Shown piece by piece: positions 1-8,714 of a stretch of DNA of 64,000 nucleotides. The position numbers were made by a program, and so were the translations under genes. The DNA comes from an uncultured Candidatus Actinomarina sp. (GTDB lineage: Bacteria; Actinomycetota; Acidimicrobiia; Actinomarinales; Actinomarinaceae): NCBI GenBank assembly GCA_902596545.1, contig CACJUH010000003.1:45790-109789 (forward strand). Reading direction: 5' to 3'. The first letter of the stretch is position 1; each line of letters opens with the position of its first letter. The notes under the pieces are model-generated. The model was given only the letters and a program-made list of their open reading frames with translations, did not search any database and was not told the DNA's origin.

Positions 1-376
1 AGTAATACAACTCGTTTTTTTGAAATTCAGGATTCCATAAATTGATTAGAAACCAAACCAGAATTGGGATTCCTAAGTTAAGTAAGCTAACGGAAATATA
101 TTTTATGAATTCTTTCAATGAACCATCACGATATGAAAGTTGAAAAATAATTTTTCTTGATAAGAAATAAGAAACTACAACACCAATTGCAAATGAAAAC
201 GTATTAGTCAAATAAGTTCTAAGAGGAAAACTAATCATAGTTAAAATTAAAAATTGAAAAATGTAATTCAAAAAAAGACCAAATATTAAATTAAATGCCC
301 CAACAATATATGTTCTGAATAATTCAGCAAATGAGCTGTCACTTTTTGTGATTTTATTAATGAGATTATTTAGCAT
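1..376 (-). CDS. GtrA-family small membrane protein, C-terminus cut by the window edge. It was not in the ORF track because there is no in-window stop
   Basis: Hand translation of the minus strand from ATG at 376..374 gives MLNNLINKITKSDSSFAELFRTYIVGAFNLIFGLFLNYIFQFLILTMISFPLRTYLTNTFSFAIGVVVSYFLSRKIIFQ... It is about 125 aa of hydrophobic GtrA-like architecture and runs off position 1 without a stop. It overlaps the upstream GT-C gene by 11 nt. Confidence 0.5.
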   Translation of the reverse strand, partial: MLNNLINKITKSDSSFAELFRTYIVGAFNLIFGLFLNYIFQFLILTMISFPLRTYLTNTFSFAIGVVVSYFLSRKIIFQLSYRDGSLKEFIKYISVSLLNLGIPILVWFLINLWNPEFQKNELYY

Positions 377-2552
377 ATTTGTTAATTCTAAATACTAAAA
401 GATATGCTGAAATTAAAAAAATGAATATTGAAATAATGTTTAAGGATTTTTCTAAAGATGTATTTTCGAATGTTATGCTTACTTCGTTCGAATGGGGAAT
501 AACTCCCATAAATGATGGTGACAATCTATATGGGCCAGAACCATTTTCTATTTTCCAATTTGGAAAATATGATACTTTTACAATATGAAGTTCATTAGGG
601 TGTTCTGTCTCAAAAGTTATTCTGTTATTTGAAATTCTGACATTAGTAATTTCACTTTTTTTATTGGGAATTCTGTTTAGAATCTGGGATTCCTCAGAAT
701 TGATTCCTTCAATAATTCTTTTTTTGTTATCTAGTTTGAACTCTTTCATTGCAAGACTAAAAAAGCTATCAGTTTTTGCTTGTTTAAATACGGAATTAGA
801 AATCCTGTCAAGCAGTTTTGGATTAGTAAAATTTACTAATTCAGCATCAACAACTTGAACCTTGTCAGAATAAATTTTAAATACTGTAAATGGTGAGCTT
901 TGGAATAAATGCTCTAACTCATCTGACATTATTGCTTTGTCTGTAATCGACTCAGTATAAGAAATAAAATAATCTACTCCTAACTCTTTCATGTATCTTA
1001 CTCCTCTATCAAAATCCCCATTTATATAACTTAATCCTCCTACTGGGTTTGATGGACTTTCTGCTAAGCCAGACACAGTCACAAAATGAAAAGGGGTCGT
1101 AATGCTTGAATCGAAATAAAGACCTTCTACACTTTCATGGTTTGTAAACATAGGAATTGTCATTAAGACCATAGGTGTACCATATTTGTTTAGATCTGAA
1201 TTAGGCTCCCACATTATCCTCCCGGGCTCAAGTTGGTTAAGTCCAGAGTATAAATTTGTTATATCACTCCAGTCATCTTTTTGATCATACCCAGTAAAAT
1301 TCCAATTCAACCAATGTGGTAAGAAATTGACTGATGATAGAACTAATGCAATTAATGTTATTCCTAATCCATATTTAGGCTTATAAATAGCAACTATAAA
1401 TGAAAGCAAAATTATAAAAGAAATAAAATAAACAGTAACTGCATACCTCTCCTGCCATTTTTGAACATAGTTAAAAACAAAGAATGCTGAACAAATTAGA
1501 TATAAGAAAATAATTAAATATCTTCCTTGTATTTTTGCAGTTAGATAGTCCATTGTCTCATCAATGATTTTGAAAAATAGGATTATTAGACCTAAGTTAA
1601 AAAAAGGTACCAATCTTCCATTCCACAAAGCACCCTCTGGACCGTAAAAAAATAACAATGTTGATGCGAAAATTAAGTACATTTCAGTTGTTAAAAATAT
1701 ATGTTTCAAATTTTTTCCTGCTGCGAAAATTGCATAAGAAAATATTCCAATTGCAAAAGGAAGGACATCAGGCTTTATTAAATCTTTGATTTTTGTGTAA
1801 GGAGAGTATGTCATATTCGTTGTAAATTCTAGATTCAGAAACAAAGAGATAGAAAAGCGCAAAGTTAGAAACAAAAAAATTAATAACCCAACTAATTTTT
1901 CAAGATTTATAGATTTTGAAGACAAAAAATAAATTAAAAATATTGGTGCATAGATCAAAAATGGAATTATGTGTGAAAGCAAAGATAATCCCAACAATAC
2001 AGACCCTTTAATGACCGAAAGCTTTATCAAGTTATTACGTATGTAATAAATTGATAAATTTGCAAATGCTAAAGAATATGTAAATGAATACTGACCCGCA
2101 AGAGATGATGCTAGATTGCCTCCAAAGATAGTAAAAGACTCAGTCAACAAATATAATAATCCTCCAGCAAACCCAATATAAGATAAAGTACCAATTTTCA
2201 AATTTATTAACTTTTCTATTGAAATTACTAGGAGAATTAAGGCGATTAGCACCATAATTTTAAATGAGATATTGAAAGGAAGAATAAGATTTAAAATTGC
2301 AACAATAGATGGTGGTAATGGAAAATAAAAATAATACGCTGGGTAACCTGTAAACCAATCCTTCGACCAGCCACTAATTTTAAAATTGTAAAAAAGCTCT
2401 TCAACAAAAAATTTAGTTGGTACGATATGAGCGCCCATATCACCACCTGTTGGGAGTGTATTAAGAAATATTAAATCAATTCTTAAGAATATTAAGAGTA
2501 TTGCGAAAGGAAATACAATCGCAATGTTATTTGATTTAAAGTTATACTTCAC
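366..2552 (-). CDS. Polytopic membrane protein, putative GT-C fold glycosyltransferase (ArnT/PMT/arabinofuranosyltransferase-like) with a C-terminal soluble domain of about 270 aa
   Basis: 728 aa with many predicted TM helices. A conserved acidic residue sits in the first extracytoplasmic loop (TLPTGGDMGAHI). It is flanked by the GtrA-like gene, as in mycobacterial arabinan loci. The family call comes from architecture only. Confidence 0.45.
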   Translation of the reverse strand: MKYNFKSNNIAIVFPFAILLIFLRIDLIFLNTLPTGGDMGAHIVPTKFFVEELFYNFKISGWSKDWFTGYPAYYFYFPLPPSIVAILNLILPFNISFKIMVLIALILLVISIEKLINLKIGTLSYIGFAGGLLYLLTESFTIFGGNLASSLAGQYSFTYSLAFANLSIYYIRNNLIKLSVIKGSVLLGLSLLSHIIPFLIYAPIFLIYFLSSKSINLEKLVGLLIFLFLTLRFSISLFLNLEFTTNMTYSPYTKIKDLIKPDVLPFAIGIFSYAIFAAGKNLKHIFLTTEMYLIFASTLLFFYGPEGALWNGRLVPFFNLGLIILFFKIIDETMDYLTAKIQGRYLIIFLYLICSAFFVFNYVQKWQERYAVTVYFISFIILLSFIVAIYKPKYGLGITLIALVLSSVNFLPHWLNWNFTGYDQKDDWSDITNLYSGLNQLEPGRIMWEPNSDLNKYGTPMVLMTIPMFTNHESVEGLYFDSSITTPFHFVTVSGLAESPSNPVGGLSYINGDFDRGVRYMKELGVDYFISYTESITDKAIMSDELEHLFQSSPFTVFKIYSDKVQVVDAELVNFTNPKLLDRISNSVFKQAKTDSFFSLAMKEFKLDNKKRIIEGINSEESQILNRIPNKKSEITNVRISNNRITFETEHPNELHIVKVSYFPNWKIENGSGPYRLSPSFMGVIPHSNEVSITFENTSLEKSLNIISIFIFLISAYLLVFRINKYAK

Positions 2553-2790
2553 TTAAGGTTTTTCCCAAGTATTTTGTTCTTCTTTTTCCATTTTCTGTCC
2601 ATTCAGCATACCAATATGGACCGTGTGGACATTTTTGGCATGATTCTTTACCGCATTTAATATTTTTTGACCTATATGTGACGTTAATATCTTTATGAAG
2701 ATTCAATTTATTATCAACTAGAAGCTTTATTCTCTTTAAGTCTGTTTCGTTTAGTTCAGCTAAACCTTCTAGAATATCTTTATCTATCAT
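2542..2790 (-). CDS. Small zinc-ribbon protein (CGKESCQKCPHG ... basic tail)
   Basis: 82 aa with a CxxxxCxxC cluster followed by GPYWYAEW and a Lys/Arg-rich segment. It overlaps the downstream GT-C gene by 11 nt, which suggests translational coupling. Confidence 0.4.
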   Translation of the reverse strand: MIDKDILEGLAELNETDLKRIKLLVDNKLNLHKDINVTYRSKNIKCGKESCQKCPHGPYWYAEWTENGKRRTKYLGKTLSEV

Positions 2791-2835
2791 TATTAAAATG
2801 TTAGTTGAAAGGTCAGAAATAATAGGTTCTTAAAA

Positions 2836-3732
2836 TTGAAAAAAGTTACATATTTAAGCGGTGGTGTAGGTGGTGCAAAATTTGCTAAAGGCTTATATAA
2901 AGTAAGTTCGATTAAACTCTCAATAATTGTTAACACTGGTGATGACGAATATATTAATGGTGTATCACTATCTCCAGATATAGATACTGTAATATATGGT
3001 CTAGCTGGAATTGAAGGTGAATTTGGATGGGGAATAAAAAAAGATAAATTTACAGTTCATGAATATTTAAATAAATTTTTAAATACCAATTTCATGATTG
3101 GCGATAAAGATTTGGCTACCAATCTGTTTAGAAACCAAATGTTGCATGAGGGAAAAACTTTGACAGAAATTACTAATGAAATAAAATCTGAATTCAATAT
3201 TCTTTGTGAAATTATTCCAATGACTGATGACAAGGTAAGTACAAAATTAATTACAAAACAGGGCGAGAGGCTTGATTTTCAAAACTATTTTGTCCAAAAA
3301 GAAGGAAAACCAAGATTAAAAAATATTACATATAATGGATCAAATCAAGCAAAAGTTAGTAGCAAACTAATAAGAACTATTAGAGAAAGCGATACGATTA
3401 TCATTGGCCCTTCTAATCCTTATTTGTCAATTGGTCCAATTTTGTCTCTAAGAAAAATAAAAGATGCATTAATTCAACATGATAATGTTATAGTTATAAG
3501 CCCATTTATTAATAGCAATGCCATAAAAGGACCTTCGAAAAAAAACTTTACAGATATGGGTCTCACAGCAGATATTAAAGGAATTAAGAAATTCTATAAA
3601 AATATAGCTAGCAAATATATTGTACATTTTGGGGATTCTGATAATTTAAGCAATACTTATGAAGAGAACATTCTATTTACAACAATTGAAGATTCAAAGA
3701 AATTAGCTACAAAATTACTAAGCTATGAATGA
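2836..3732 (+). CDS. cofD: 2-phospho-L-lactate transferase CofD/FbiA (F420 biosynthesis)
   Basis: TTG start. LSGGVGGAKFAKGL and IVNTGDDEYINGVSLSPDIDTVIYGLAG match the CofD signature IVNTGEDxYIxxxYLSPDIDTVLY. Confidence 0.8.
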   Translation: MKKVTYLSGGVGGAKFAKGLYKVSSIKLSIIVNTGDDEYINGVSLSPDIDTVIYGLAGIEGEFGWGIKKDKFTVHEYLNKFLNTNFMIGDKDLATNLFRNQMLHEGKTLTEITNEIKSEFNILCEIIPMTDDKVSTKLITKQGERLDFQNYFVQKEGKPRLKNITYNGSNQAKVSSKLIRTIRESDTIIIGPSNPYLSIGPILSLRKIKDALIQHDNVIVISPFINSNAIKGPSKKNFTDMGLTADIKGIKKFYKNIASKYIVHFGDSDNLSNTYEENILFTTIEDSKKLATKLLSYE

Positions 3733-4423
3733 AATCTCAATTATTCCAATAAAAGGATTGCCCGAGGTCAAAAAAGGTGATGACCTAGCTTCGATGACTT
3801 TTGACCTGATTAACAAGTCAAGAAATGAGATTAAAGATAATGACATATTTGTAATTACTCAAAAAATTGTTTCAAAGAGTGAAGGTATGGAAAGAGACTT
3901 AAATAAATATGAATTTGAAGATTTAATTAAAAGTGAAACGAAACAAATTATTAGAAAACGTGGAGATTTAATAATTGCAAAAACAAAACACGGTTTCATA
4001 TGTGCAAATGCAGGAATAGATAAATCTAATATTGAAAAAAACAAAGCTCTTCTTTTACCCGAAGATCCAAATAAATCAGCTCATAAATTTAGAAGTCAAA
4101 TAGAAACTTCAAGTGGAAAAACAGTAGCTGTAGTGATTTCTGATACATTTGGAAGAGCATGGAGAAAAGGCCAGGTTAATTTTGCAATAGGGTCATCTGG
4201 CATTTCTCCTATTACAAATTATATTGGAAAATTCGACTCATTTAATAATGAACTATTTGCAACAGAAATTGCAACAATTGACGAAATTGCTAGTGCTGCA
4301 GAATTAGTTATGGAAAAGTCGATTGATATTCCAATAGCTATCATTAGGGGGCTTAAATATGAATCCTCAAATGAAAATGCTGAGTTACTAATTAGAGACG
4401 ATCAAGAAGATTTTTTTCTTTAA
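3725..4423 (+). CDS. cofE: F420-0:gamma-glutamyl ligase CofE (stand-alone, with no FbiB nitroreductase domain)
   Basis: 232 aa. The N-terminus reads IIPIKGLPEVKKGDDLA...VITQKIVSKSEG. The core CANAGIDKSN...LLLPEDPNKSA...VISDTFGRAWRKGQVNFAIG aligns to archaeal CofE. Confidence 0.8.
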   Translation: MNEISIIPIKGLPEVKKGDDLASMTFDLINKSRNEIKDNDIFVITQKIVSKSEGMERDLNKYEFEDLIKSETKQIIRKRGDLIIAKTKHGFICANAGIDKSNIEKNKALLLPEDPNKSAHKFRSQIETSSGKTVAVVISDTFGRAWRKGQVNFAIGSSGISPITNYIGKFDSFNNELFATEIATIDEIASAAELVMEKSIDIPIAIIRGLKYESSNENAELLIRDDQEDFFL

Positions 4424-5343
4424 GTTTTTAACCAACTTACTACTTCTTTTATGCCCTTATTTAGTGAAAATTGAGTTTCCCAATTTAATTTTTTTTGTGC
4501 CTTAGAACTATTCAAAACACTTCGTAGAAGTTCACCTTTTCTTGGCTCCTGATATATTGGTTCTATATCAGATGCAAATTCGGATTTTATCGTTTCTAAC
4601 AAATGATTGACAGATGTCTCTATCCCCGTCCCTATATTAAGAAATAAATTAGAGTCAATCTTTGATGATAAAATTAATGCATTTACAACATCTTTGACAT
4701 ATATATAGTCTCTTGTTTGTTTTCCGTCGCCATAAATAATTGGTTTTTCATTCTTTAAAATTTTATTTGAAAATATAGATACTACTCCTGCTTCACCATG
4801 AGGATCCTGACGTGGTCCGTAAACATTCGAGAGGTTCAAAATTGAATATGACAAATGTGTATTAATTGTCATACTTGTGATAATTTCGTTTAACTTCTTT
4901 TTACCAAAACCATATGGTGACTCAGGTTCGCCTGCAAAATCTTCTTCGCTAGTTGGTAAAATGTTTGGCTCACCAAATATTGTTCCACCAGAAGAGGTAA
5001 AAACAAATTTACTACAATCAGTGCTTAATAAAGTTTTTATAAGTTGGACTGGTTGTAGAATATTATGCTCAAAATCAAGTAATGGATCATCTACAGAAAC
5101 TACAACAGAAGATTGGGCTGCCAAGTGAAAACAAATTTGAGGATTAAATTCTTTAATTAAATTTAATGAATTTTTAGTACCAAAATCATCTTCAATTAAT
5201 TTAAAATTTCCCTTGAATTCAATATTTTCTTTTTTTCCAGTTAAGAAATTATCAAATACCAATATTTCATTATCAGATGATAAAAGTTCTTCTAATAGGT
5301 GTGAGCCAATAAAACCTGCTCCACCCGTAATTAAAATTTTCAT
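4420..5343 (-). CDS. NAD-dependent epimerase/dehydratase (UDP-sugar 4-epimerase-like SDR)
   Basis: MKILITGGAGFIGSHL Rossmann motif and the YGxxK catalytic dyad region (SPYGFGKK). Confidence 0.75.
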   Translation of the reverse strand: MKILITGGAGFIGSHLLEELLSSDNEILVFDNFLTGKKENIEFKGNFKLIEDDFGTKNSLNLIKEFNPQICFHLAAQSSVVVSVDDPLLDFEHNILQPVQLIKTLLSTDCSKFVFTSSGGTIFGEPNILPTSEEDFAGEPESPYGFGKKKLNEIITSMTINTHLSYSILNLSNVYGPRQDPHGEAGVVSIFSNKILKNEKPIIYGDGKQTRDYIYVKDVVNALILSSKIDSNLFLNIGTGIETSVNHLLETIKSEFASDIEPIYQEPRKGELLRSVLNSSKAQKKLNWETQFSLNKGIKEVVSWLKT

Positions 5344-5345
5344 TT

Positions 5346-6221
5346 TTAATTTGTTCTAACTATTTCGTTTTTAATTATACTTCCACTTTCAATTGTTGAA
5401 TTATTGGAAATAATTGAATTTTCGATGACAACGTTTTTACCAATTTCGCAACCATCCAAAATTACACTGTTTTTAATAATTGAATCTTGATTTATTTTTG
5501 TATTGTTTGGAGATATCCAATTTTCTTTGCCATCAGGAAGGTGTGCTTGAATAAATGCCTCTCTAGTTCCAACATCAATCATGTTTCCTTTAACGGTATA
5601 CGTATTCAACAATTGATTTGATGACAGTCTAGGAAATACATCTCTCTCAAAAGAGCACGGAACATCAAGTGAAGAAAGGATGGACATAATATCTTTTTTG
5701 AAAAGGTGATAGAGTCCTAAGCTTATTTTTTTTCCAAATCTGTCATCCTCTGGCTTTTCTATGAAAGCTTCGACCTCCATTTTTTCATTTACTTTTAAAA
5801 CTCCATATCTTGATGGATTTTCAACTTCAAATGAACCAATTAATGAATTATTACAGCTACGAGCTGAATCAATGAAATTTTCCAAATCAACGTCTAATAA
5901 AAGGTCTCCGTTCATGCATAGAAATTTTTTGGGCATCGTTTGAATATTTTCAATAATATAACCAGCTGTGTCTAATTTTTTTTGCTCAAATAATAAATTT
6001 ATATTGTTGTTTGATGATGCTTCATAATCATTCCAATGCTGTCTGTGCTTTTCTGAACAAATTAGGTTAAATGTAAAATCAGAAAATTTTGAGAACTGAG
6101 TAATTATCTTATCAATTATCTTTTCACCTCTTATTGTTAAAAGTGCTTTTGGAATTCCAATAGATAACGGTTGAAGCCTAGTTGCCTCGCCCCCAACAAG
6201 AAGAAATATTTCATTCATCAT
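5346..6221 (-). CDS. Sugar-phosphate nucleotidyltransferase with a C-terminal left-handed beta-helix domain
   Basis: GGEATRLQPLS (GxGTRL NTP-transferase motif) and C-terminal hexapeptide repeats (NSVILDGCEIGKNVVIENSII...). Confidence 0.6.
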   Translation of the reverse strand: MMNEIFLLVGGEATRLQPLSIGIPKALLTIRGEKIIDKIITQFSKFSDFTFNLICSEKHRQHWNDYEASSNNNINLLFEQKKLDTAGYIIENIQTMPKKFLCMNGDLLLDVDLENFIDSARSCNNSLIGSFEVENPSRYGVLKVNEKMEVEAFIEKPEDDRFGKKISLGLYHLFKKDIMSILSSLDVPCSFERDVFPRLSSNQLLNTYTVKGNMIDVGTREAFIQAHLPDGKENWISPNNTKINQDSIIKNSVILDGCEIGKNVVIENSIISNNSTIESGSIIKNEIVRTN

Positions 6222-7593
6222 CTTGTAGGATATTAAAGAATTTAGTTAATTCGTCATCTTTTTCTAAATTGATAACCTGTTCCCATAATGACATTGATTT
6301 TTCTGATGAAAGAATGTTTTCTACATTTCTTATGAATTTTTCTTTTAATAATGGAATGGCTTCTTCCCTTCTAGATGGATGCCCTATAGGATTTTCAATG
6401 GTGATTTTTTCAGAAGTGGAGTTGTCATCATAAACAATTTCTATTGAGTTTGATATATGTCTCTTGGAAAATTCATAGTAATTTTTAGTAAAATTTGGTT
6501 CTTCACTAACAACAATTTTTTTTCTTAAACTTTCTATTTTGTTTAATCCAGAGAAATCGTTTCCGTACATTTCATATTTTAATTCTCCAAAAAGAAGAGC
6601 AGCTGACACCATATATTCAAGACTGTGATCCCTGTCAGATGCGTTAGATAAATTATCTTTATTTGCGATTATCCTAATTGCGGGTTCATGTGTAAAAATG
6701 TTAATTTTTTTTACTTTATCAATATTTTGATTGAATTCTTTACTTAACTTAATTGCACCTTCTACTGCTGACTGCCCATGAAATTCGGCTGGAAATAAAA
6801 CTTTAAATAATACATTTTGAATTACCCAATCATTTAATTCTTTACCAAACTTAATTCCAGAATCATTTAGATAAGTTTTTTCAAATCCCCAGTTTTTGTC
6901 ATCTTGGATGGAGCTATAAACTTCATCATTTAATTGGCTGATTTTAGCAAGTTCAATTCCTCGTTTTGATGCATCTGCTGCTGCCCAGCTTTTTCTTTTT
7001 CCTACATTAGGAAAGTGTCTATAAGATCTGAGGGATGGCCCATCAAGTAAAATATGATTAATGGTTCTATGAACAATCTTCTCATTTCCTTTACTTAATA
7101 AAGATGAGAAAACAGCTCCAGATGCTAACTTCACATAAAACACATGATCATAACCTAGTTTGTTTAATGAAGTTCCAAGACATAAAGAACCTTGAATTTC
7201 GTAAGCTTTTGTTAAAGCTGTCGTAAAATCAATAAATTTGTAATTTGGATTCGAATAAAAATAACTGTATATCGACCCAAAATTGTCTGATGGGTGGGCC
7301 CACTCTTTTGCAAGAAAAGTGTCGTTGTAGTCAAACCATCTAGTTAATACAGTTAAATACCATGCAACTTCTTGGTAGGAATTTAATTTCCCAACATTTA
7401 AGAAAGGGTTTGAAAATAATTCAAATGATTTATCTTCTATAGCAAAATTATTGACTTCGTCATGAGAACTTGCTTCAATTACGCAACCTAGGGTATCAAG
7501 GATTGCAAGCTTGGCAGAAGTAAAATGGTCATCATTTTTTAAAGGTTTTGAAAGAAAATTGTTTATTTGTGTATCTAAATTATTATTTTGCAA
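6211..7593 (-). CDS. prpD: MmgE/PrpD family protein (2-methylcitrate dehydratase-like)
   Basis: The 460 aa length and the arrangement are typical of PrpD. It lies directly downstream of a short-type citrate synthase. Confidence 0.65.
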   Translation of the reverse strand: MQNNNLDTQINNFLSKPLKNDDHFTSAKLAILDTLGCVIEASSHDEVNNFAIEDKSFELFSNPFLNVGKLNSYQEVAWYLTVLTRWFDYNDTFLAKEWAHPSDNFGSIYSYFYSNPNYKFIDFTTALTKAYEIQGSLCLGTSLNKLGYDHVFYVKLASGAVFSSLLSKGNEKIVHRTINHILLDGPSLRSYRHFPNVGKRKSWAAADASKRGIELAKISQLNDEVYSSIQDDKNWGFEKTYLNDSGIKFGKELNDWVIQNVLFKVLFPAEFHGQSAVEGAIKLSKEFNQNIDKVKKINIFTHEPAIRIIANKDNLSNASDRDHSLEYMVSAALLFGELKYEMYGNDFSGLNKIESLRKKIVVSEEPNFTKNYYEFSKRHISNSIEIVYDDNSTSEKITIENPIGHPSRREEAIPLLKEKFIRNVENILSSEKSMSLWEQVINLEKDDELTKFFNILQDDE

Positions 7594-7596
7594 AAA

Positions 7597-8667
7597 CTAT
7601 CTTTCAGAGGGGCCGATGTATTTTGCTGCAGGCCTAATTAAAATATCTTGTTCGCGTTGTTCAAAGTAATGGGCAGCCCATCCAACAGACCTCCCTGCTA
7701 CAAATATTGGTGTAAACAGGTCGACTTCAAATCCCAATTCAGCTAAAAGCAGACCTCCATAAAAGTCAACATTTGGAAATAGATTTTTTTCTTCATCCAT
7801 AATTTGGTCAATTTTCTTTGCAATTTCAAATCTATTTTTAGAAAACTCAGTCTGGGCTAACTTCTCAACCCAACTTTTAACTATTGGACTTCTTGGGTCT
7901 TGAACTTTATAAACTCCATGACCAAATCCCATTATTTTTTTCTTTTTTTCAAGTAATTGTTTAACTCCGTCTATAGCTTCCTCGACACTATCAAAAGAAT
8001 TTATTAACTCAACAGCTCTCTCATTTGCACCGCCGTGTAATTCTCCTTTTAAAGTTGCGATTCCAGACACAATTGCACCAGTAAGATCTGCTCTTGTTGA
8101 AGCAGTAACTCTAGTAGCAAAGGTTGATGCATTAAATCCGTGCTCTGCATAAAGAATTAACATGTCGTCTAGTGCTTCGAGCTGGTCCTTTGATGAGCTA
8201 TTGGGCAATAAAGAACTAGCAACTAAATACTGGCTATCTAACTCATCACAACTCTCTTCATGATAAGAAGCGATAATATAACAAACTGTTGCATTAATCC
8301 TTGCAGATAATTCAGTTTTATCTTCTTTATCAAGTTGTTGTTTTCTTAAAGTTGTTAATTCACCTTTGTAAGACACTAATGTTCTAATTACATCCATCGG
8401 ATGTAATGTTTGTTTTATTTCGTTAAGCAAGTCATTGATTTTTTGGTCTTTGCTTATCTCAAGATAGTATTTTGAAAAACTTTTTTTAAAGTCTTTATCG
8501 TTAAGTGAGTCAGCAATAATTAATGATGCTACTTGTTCATAAGTGTTATTTTTTGTTAAATCTGTTGCGTCATAACCTCTATATCTTAAAGAAGTACCCT
8601 CTTTTCCAACCGTTGAGATAGAGGTTTCGCCAGCAACAACTCCCCTTAAGCCTGGTGAAAATTCCAT
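7597..8667 (-). CDS. prpC: Citrate synthase family protein, probably 2-methylcitrate synthase
   Basis: GFGHGVYK (citrate synthase His motif), ...DFYGG..., and a C-terminal AGRSVGWAAHY. It is 356 aa and is adjacent to prpD. Confidence 0.7.
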   Translation of the reverse strand: MEFSPGLRGVVAGETSISTVGKEGTSLRYRGYDATDLTKNNTYEQVASLIIADSLNDKDFKKSFSKYYLEISKDQKINDLLNEIKQTLHPMDVIRTLVSYKGELTTLRKQQLDKEDKTELSARINATVCYIIASYHEESCDELDSQYLVASSLLPNSSSKDQLEALDDMLILYAEHGFNASTFATRVTASTRADLTGAIVSGIATLKGELHGGANERAVELINSFDSVEEAIDGVKQLLEKKKKIMGFGHGVYKVQDPRSPIVKSWVEKLAQTEFSKNRFEIAKKIDQIMDEEKNLFPNVDFYGGLLLAELGFEVDLFTPIFVAGRSVGWAAHYFEQREQDILIRPAAKYIGPSER

Positions 8668-8714
8668 ATGTCTAATTGTACAATATTGTTACATATAAGG
8701 ATTAGAATTTTCTC

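Noticed and set aside
379-858. Short plus-strand ORFs (379..588, 664..858) lying antisense inside the 728-aa membrane protein gene. The same pattern recurs as antisense or nested ORFs in the track: 3859..4044, 4877..5128, 9614..9844, 21953..22369, 24934..25368, 38530..38913, 51053..51451, 54039..54680 and others.
   Set aside because: All lie entirely within longer, motif-supported genes on the opposite strand or in another frame. They have no RBS and no recognisable motifs. AT-rich DNA produces such ORFs by chance.
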